From the IMG/VR virus record IMGVR_UViG_2534681835_000040: a DNA stretch of 6,677 bases, one strand, 5' to 3'. Position numbers and translations under genes: made by a program. The stretch's first letter is position 1. Every line of letters begins with the position of its first letter. The notes below the pieces were generated by a model. The model saw only the letters and a program-made list of their open reading frames with translations. It was not told the DNA's origin and ran no database searches. Positions 4,929 through 6,677 of the stretch are shown here, piece after piece. The DNA is from a virus (taxonomy: Duplodnaviria; Heunggongvirae; Uroviricota; Caudoviricetes).

Positions 4929-6677
4929 TTATGGTAGCATCATTGATACATAATCCACACCAATCCTTGAGCTATACTGAGACGCTATAGCCTGATATCT
5001 TTCTGCATAACCAGTTCTCAGTTGAGATTTAAGTTTGAGTCGGACAGGAACATTTTGCACGTTGCCATCCATATTACTTAAAAACACGGCAGAAATAATA
5101 TTTTTTTCTTCGCCATCAACTGTTGTTCCATGATTCAACACCACCATATAATCAACAACAGGAAGCGTTTTATCCCCTTCGAAAATAGAGAGATATTTTC
5201 TTTGATTTTTATGCATTACATATATATATTTCGAATGTTCAGCAAATGGCAATGCTTTACTCTGACTGGCGTTAAAAAGCTCCAGAACTTTAATGAGCCT
5301 GTGCGGACTTAATCTTACATGGTGAGGGTCGTTACCCTGAGTAGGAACCAAATCACATGCCGCAGATACACATAAATACCATTTGTTCGACTCTGTATCA
5401 AAGAAAATAGTGCCAGTAGAAATATGACCATCTTCAAAATTCTTTGAAGACAAATTCATATTTAAAGCATGATACATTTCGTGATAAGTATCATTATTTG
5501 ATGGCAGATCCATTTTTGAAGAGCAATATTGGAGCAATGCAGCAACTCCGCTGTTAGCGTATTCATTTGAATAGCTATCAAAAACACTTTTGATAAATTC
5601 ATCCAGCGTATTATTATTTTTAAGTCTTTGATAAAGCTCTTCTGATAAATTACCAAATACAAAGTCAATATTTCTACATCTAATATCAGGCGAGTCTGAT
5701 TTTAATATCTCATTTAACCACGCAGCTTGACCGTAATGATCGTTAGCCAAATGATTTACAAAAGATAAAGCCTCAGCTTCGATTGCATTCTGAATTTCAG
5801 ATTTTATTAACTGATAATAAGATGGTTTCCATTCAATGAGAGAATCATTGAGAGTTTGCCAAATCCTATCTCCATCGTTTTCATGATCATCTTGAACCTT
5901 ATGAAATAGGGAGACAAAGATATTACCACATTGAATCCATTTTACTCCGCTTTCATCACCCCGAATGACATTGCCAGATGTGTTGCTAGAAATAATTGCA
6001 TTTCTAGACACAGCATATTCTGCAATCATTTTTGCAATGAAGTTTTTATCCTTTTGATCCTCCAACACAGCATCATCATGTATTAATCTTTTAATTCTTC
6101 TACAAGGCTTACTGTCTTTAATATAGGCTATTGTTTCATCTCTTGTGAGAGCTTTATTACCATTATCATTTAAGTTCGGTAATACAACGTCTTCCCAATA
6201 ACTTTGGACATCTTCATTATCGTAGTCAATGATCAAGCTGTTGATATCCAGAGCACCTTTGAGAGTCGATGATATCTGCATCCAAACCGTTTCTAAATTC
6301 TCTCTAGTATATATTACAATCATATTTAAATGATCGGAGTCTTTCAAATCTTGTAATAGTTTAAGTGTTTTATCAGGTGCATTATTATCAAGATGATAAT
6401 CTACAATAATAAGATCTGATTTTCTAATCCGATCCACATCGAAATTAACAGAACCATTGTCAACATCACAAATCATATTTTTAGATTGAAAAAAGCTCTC
6501 AAGAGTAGCGGCTCGTTTAGATGAGTCAATTTTGTTGTAGTCTAAATCAACTTCGTTATTCAACGCCCTGATTGATTCAGAATACGTCAGAAAATCGTCA
6601 TCAATCATGACAACGGAACGAATTGCATTTTCGCAGAAAGTTTTCTGGACAAGAGAATTATAATTTGCCACTGTCAT
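4929..6677 (-). CDS. Large hypothetical protein (582 aa in window; ATG is at the window edge) with an N-terminal CheY-like receiver-like region and an unassignable C-terminal region of about 440 aa; candidate cargo/defence gene
   Basis: Uninterrupted 1749-nt ORF, stop TAA (reverse complement of 4929..4931). Visibly AT-rich codon usage unlike the prophage genes. N-terminal motifs in receiver-like order: SVVMIDDDF (acidic pair), DLIIVDYHLDNNAPDKTLKLLQDLK (Asp at the end of a hydrophobic strand), NMIVIYTRE (Thr). No P-loop, GGDEF or other motifs I can recognise downstream. Confidence 0.85.
   Translation of the reverse strand: MTVANYNSLVQKTFCENAIRSVVMIDDDFLTYSESIRALNNEVDLDYNKIDSSKRAATLESFFQSKNMICDVDNGSVNFDVDRIRKSDLIIVDYHLDNNAPDKTLKLLQDLKDSDHLNMIVIYTRENLETVWMQISSTLKGALDINSLIIDYDNEDVQSYWEDVVLPNLNDNGNKALTRDETIAYIKDSKPCRRIKRLIHDDAVLEDQKDKNFIAKMIAEYAVSRNAIISSNTSGNVIRGDESGVKWIQCGNIFVSLFHKVQDDHENDGDRIWQTLNDSLIEWKPSYYQLIKSEIQNAIEAEALSFVNHLANDHYGQAAWLNEILKSDSPDIRCRNIDFVFGNLSEELYQRLKNNNTLDEFIKSVFDSYSNEYANSGVAALLQYCSSKMDLPSNNDTYHEMYHALNMNLSSKNFEDGHISTGTIFFDTESNKWYLCVSAACDLVPTQGNDPHHVRLSPHRLIKVLELFNASQSKALPFAEHSKYIYVMHKNQRKYLSIFEGDKTLPVVDYMVVLNHGTTVDGEEKNIISAVFLSNMDGNVQNVPVRLKLKSQLRTGYAERYQAIASQYSSRIGVDYVSMMLP

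Noticed and set aside
5130-5668. ORFs 5130..5312 (+) and 5462..5668 (-) within the large - strand gene
   Set aside because: Short, embedded, in wrong strand or frame relative to a 1749-nt uninterrupted ORF; expected by chance in AT-rich sequence.
4929-6000. HD phosphohydrolase or EAL domain in the C-terminal region of the large protein (IHDD and AEAL strings)
   Set aside because: Isolated strings only; the accompanying His/Asp motifs of HD domains and the DDFGTG/EGVE motifs of EAL domains are absent at the expected spacing.
1-6677. CRISPR array or other tandem repeat arrays
   Set aside because: No regularly spaced direct repeats of CRISPR size were seen anywhere in the window; the only repeats are short hexamers near the att site and the integrase start.

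Overview
This window looks like a mosaic accessory locus built on the 3' end of the tmRNA gene (ssrA), read entirely by eye without any search tools. From left to right: (1) the C-terminal end of an IS3-family transposase inserted into a prophage operon; (2) a tightly packed + strand prophage module (a possibly truncated gene, a DUF551-type protein, three small proteins, an excisionase-like gene and a tyrosine integrase with an arm-binding N-terminus); (3) a 26-bp match to the ssrA 3' end at 2983..3008, best read as a shared att core, followed by a terminator-like hairpin; (4) a second, P4/CP4-57-type integrase; (5) an AT-rich cargo region with one large - strand ORF (582 aa, 4929..6677) that starts at the window edge. 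That large ORF is the best candidate for an undescribed system: it sits next to the 3' end of a P4-like integrase, has a CheY-like receiver-type acidic motif pattern at its N-terminus, and about 440 residues I cannot assign to any family. All family assignments are from motif recognition and need HMM or structure confirmation.
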